DNA of 32,000 nucleotides from Xylella taiwanensis (GTDB lineage Bacteria; Pseudomonadota; Gammaproteobacteria; Xanthomonadales; Xanthomonadaceae): NCBI RefSeq assembly GCF_013177435.1, contig NZ_CP053627.1, positions 2,520,001 to 2,552,000 of the forward strand, read 5' to 3'. Shown piece by piece: positions 29,038 to 32,000 of this stretch (position 1 is its first letter; each line of letters starts with the position of its first letter). The notes under the pieces were generated by a model. It saw only the letters and a program-made list of their open reading frames with translations, ran no database searches and was not told where the DNA came from. The position numbers and the translations under genes were made by a program.

Positions 29038-30759
29038 ATGCACCGCACGTTCCTGTTGAGCTTGGCTGTCTGCACCGGGCTGGTCAGTTGCCAACGCACT
29101 CCAGCGCCAACGCCGGCTCTCTCCACCGCTGAAGCGACCTCATCCACCAATTCGCACGTATTCTCAGCCGAGATCACCGTTTCAGATGTTGCTGAACTAC
29201 TCAAATCCTTCACCTCGAAGGCTTCCGAAGACCGCGGCCCAAACAGCAACGGTGAAGAAAAAACAATCGCCTACCTTCGTGATCAAATGTTGCGTATCGG
29301 CCTGCAACCGGGTAATGGCGACAGCTGGTTCCAAGCCGTGCCGGTGATCGAAACGACAACCGATCCGACGACTGCCCCTGTGTTGCACACCGCCGGCCAA
29401 TCACGTCCCCTGACGTTCGGGCGGGACATCCTGCTAGGTACCAGGACCGCACAGCCAGAAGTGAAGCTGGACAACAGTGAATTGGTGTTCGTCGGCTACG
29501 GTGTGGACGCTCCAGAACAACAGTGGAATGACTACGCCAACCAAAATTGGAAGGGCAAAACCGTCGTCATGCTCATCAACAATCCCGACTTTCACAAAGG
29601 CGATACAAAGCTGGCGAGCGGCAAGCACATGACCTACTACGGATACTGGACCTATAAGTTCGAGGAAGCTGCACGCAAGGGAGCGGCGGCGGCACTGATC
29701 GTGCACGACAGCATGGGAACGGCCTACAACTGGGATGCACTTCATCAATCCTGGTCCGGTCCACGATATGACCTGCGTGCTGTCGACGATTCAGAACCGC
29801 GCTTACAGGTACAAGGGTGGATCAGTCAACAGACAGCACGGCAGCTGTTTGCTGATGCCGGCTTAGATCTGAACAACGCTTACCGCAACGCAAGCAAACG
29901 CAGCTTTAAACCGATTTCACTGAACGCCCGCTGGTCGGTGGATTTGAAAAGCACCATCACACAAAAGACCTCGCACAACGTCATCGGCGTACTGCCCGGC
30001 AACCAGCATGCTGATGAAGCGGTCATTTACACCGCCCACTGGGATCACCTCGGCAAACCAACCGACAACCTCAGTAATGACTACACCGAGATGGCGAACA
30101 ATGGTATCGGCGTGGCCGGAATCTTGGAAATCGCTGGCACATTCACCCACCAACGGCCGCGCCCGGAACGTTCGGTAGTGTTCTTAGCAACAGCATTTAA
30201 AGAATCGGGCATGCTCGGCTCCAAATACTACGTGCAGCATCCCAGCTTCCCGCTCGACAAGATTGCTGGAGTCATCAACCTGGATACGATGTCGGCAAGC
30301 AAACGGACACGCGATCTGACCGTTATCGGCTTCGGCAGCTCGCAACTGGAAGACATTCTCAAACCCGTCGCCGCACTCCAGGGACGCACCCTGCATGGTG
30401 AAACGTCCCCGCAAAACGGCGCATATTTCCGATCGGACCATATCAACTTCGCCAAAGCGGGTGTGCCTGCGTTGTACACCCATGGCGGGGAATTTCTGCG
30501 TAATGGCAGCACCATCGCTTGGCACAAGACTAATAAAAACGATGCCCCACCGCGTTACCACCCAAACGACATATACAACCCGGCAACCTGGACGTTAGAC
30601 GGCACCGTCGATGACCTGCAAGCGCTGTACGAGGTGGGTCGCGCCCTAACGATCGGCGGGCAATGGCCAAATTGGTACGCAGGACATCCGTTCAAAGCCA
30701 CACGCGACCGAATGATGGCGAGCAAACCGACACTGATGCTAAATACGGCAGCACAGTGA
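29038..30759 (+). CDS. M28-family aminopeptidase lipoprotein with PA domain
   Basis: 573 aa. It has a lipobox (LSLAVCTGLVSC). HWDHLG and NNGIGVAGILE match the M28 metal-ligand motif pattern H.D....D(N)..G. A protease-associated insert is present (VFVGYGV...GKTVVML). Confidence 0.8.
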   Translation: MHRTFLLSLAVCTGLVSCQRTPAPTPALSTAEATSSTNSHVFSAEITVSDVAELLKSFTSKASEDRGPNSNGEEKTIAYLRDQMLRIGLQPGNGDSWFQAVPVIETTTDPTTAPVLHTAGQSRPLTFGRDILLGTRTAQPEVKLDNSELVFVGYGVDAPEQQWNDYANQNWKGKTVVMLINNPDFHKGDTKLASGKHMTYYGYWTYKFEEAARKGAAAALIVHDSMGTAYNWDALHQSWSGPRYDLRAVDDSEPRLQVQGWISQQTARQLFADAGLDLNNAYRNASKRSFKPISLNARWSVDLKSTITQKTSHNVIGVLPGNQHADEAVIYTAHWDHLGKPTDNLSNDYTEMANNGIGVAGILEIAGTFTHQRPRPERSVVFLATAFKESGMLGSKYYVQHPSFPLDKIAGVINLDTMSASKRTRDLTVIGFGSSQLEDILKPVAALQGRTLHGETSPQNGAYFRSDHINFAKAGVPALYTHGGEFLRNGSTIAWHKTNKNDAPPRYHPNDIYNPATWTLDGTVDDLQALYEVGRALTIGGQWPNWYAGHPFKATRDRMMASKPTLMLNTAAQ

Positions 30760-32000
30760 TATGACCATAAACGAATGAAACAAGAGGCACTGCAACATCT
30801 GGAACAACTTAAAACGACTCACGGCAATTCCATCCATGCGGGCCTACCGATCCCAAACACCCATTCAGCTTGGCCACCCTGTATATGCCTTGTTATGCGT
30901 GTCTAGAACCTTCCCATATCCTGATGGCCGCTACCTGGTGCACTTGATATTAATCTGTCACAGCTCAACCTCCGCATCGACATCAGATAGTCAAGCAACC
31001 GTGTACACCATGAACAAGCACTGCACCTTTGGGCAACGTTTGGCATTGATGATTACAGCGGTGGAACATCATTGGCCCCTGAACAATATGGTTGAAGCAA
31101 CAACCGGTCATACCCTCACCAGCATGATATTGAGTGGGTTGCAGATCGACCCACACTCAACATTCGATAGAAAGCACCACACTGGCTCATGCCGGATCGC
31201 CCGTGAATCAACAAGCAATAACCGCCCAAGTGAACGATGCATCTCTTGCCCATATGCCCCCACCGCTGTCTCTTCATGCTCAACGACGGTCACGCATCCC
31301 ATTCAAGCAAGCGTAAGACGCTGACAACACACCGAACATAAACACGACAGTCCAATCGTGCTGACCGACAGGCAAGAACATTCGCATGTGTCACCACAGG
31401 ATTGCGTTTCCCAAAGCAAGTGATCCACGTAGTACCAGGAGAATGGCCGCATGGCATGCAATCAACACGGCGCAGGAACCTCTCCTGAAGGACAACATGA
31501 CGTGTCGTGCGCCAATCGCACATAGGCACCAGCGACCTCACACCCCATCATGCAGGTAAGAATGTCATGCTCTTGGGCGGAGCAACACTAGCTGTTCTTC
31601 CACTATTGTAGACAACCTATCCATCAAAGCGACCAACCCCAAGCACTGCGGTAAAGGGATTCGATACGCACTGTATCCAGACAACGCTCACAACACCCAG
31701 AGGCAAACAAGCAAGTGACGTCATCAACACATTGAATGACGTCACCGTGAGGCAACGCATATGCACCCCATCTCAGCAATGCAAATTGAAAACAGACTCA
31801 CCGTGCCAGTCAGTTGACCAAGCGTAAAGTCGCATGGGACATAAGGACACCGTTGCAATGTACCCGCATCTGCAACACACGACACACCGTAACCAAACGT
31901 CACGACACAGACCAACGTAGCCGTCATCACGTCTGGATAACCCGCTCACATCAAAAAATATAGGGGAGCGGTATTTTGTGCACACCTCCCAGGTACCGTG

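Noticed and set aside
30836-31324. 162-aa + strand ORF as a real gene
   Set aside because: It is low-complexity (S/T/H/C/P-rich) and lies in an A/C-drifted tract, where stop codons, which need T and G, are depleted. That inflates ORF length. It has no SD and no family resemblance.

Overview
Chromosomal segment of a gammaproteobacterium, probably a Xanthomonadaceae or Xylella-like genome. The taxon call is an inference from four things: the rhlB<>trxA-rho arrangement, a monomeric isocitrate dehydrogenase, a 31-nt type I-C CRISPR repeat ending GTGGATTGAAAC, and roughly 50% GC by eye with many eroded gene-less tracts.

Housekeeping content, left to right:
- a truncated MATE efflux gene
- an ECF-sigma-like gene plus a DUF3106-like gene
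- priA
- rpoH, ung, a tandem-REC response regulator, ftsX, ftsE and rhlB, all on the minus strand
- trxA and rho
- monomeric icd (minus strand)
- ctpA and an envC-like M23 gene (minus strand)
- an M28 lipoprotein peptidase

No rRNA, tRNA or IS element was recognised.

The accessory part (about 17.6-24.7 kb) is a type I-C CRISPR-Cas locus in canonical order: cas3-cas5-cas8c-cas7-cas4-cas1-(cas2)-leader-array. Only the Cascade genes are intact: cas5c, cas8c (with its internal cas11c start) and cas7c, still joined by ATGA overlaps. cas3, cas4 and cas1 survive only as motif-level remnants full of stops and frameshifts. cas2 is not recognisable. The array is reduced to three repeats and two spacers, and only the middle repeat keeps a perfect hairpin.

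This sharp contrast between intact and eroded genes suggests selection for a Cascade that has no nuclease and no adaptation module, so it could only bind DNA. It could be regulatory, or it could be retained by an addiction mechanism. This is the main lead.

All non-coding and pseudogene tracts are strongly A+C-rich on the + strand. That is a strand-asymmetric transition-decay signature.

Secondary observations:
- a DnaA-box cluster upstream of priA
- an N/R-rich N-terminal extension on Rho with a TTG start
- a pseudo-receiver plus receiver regulator embedded in the ftsEX-ung operon
- several gene-less decayed tracts
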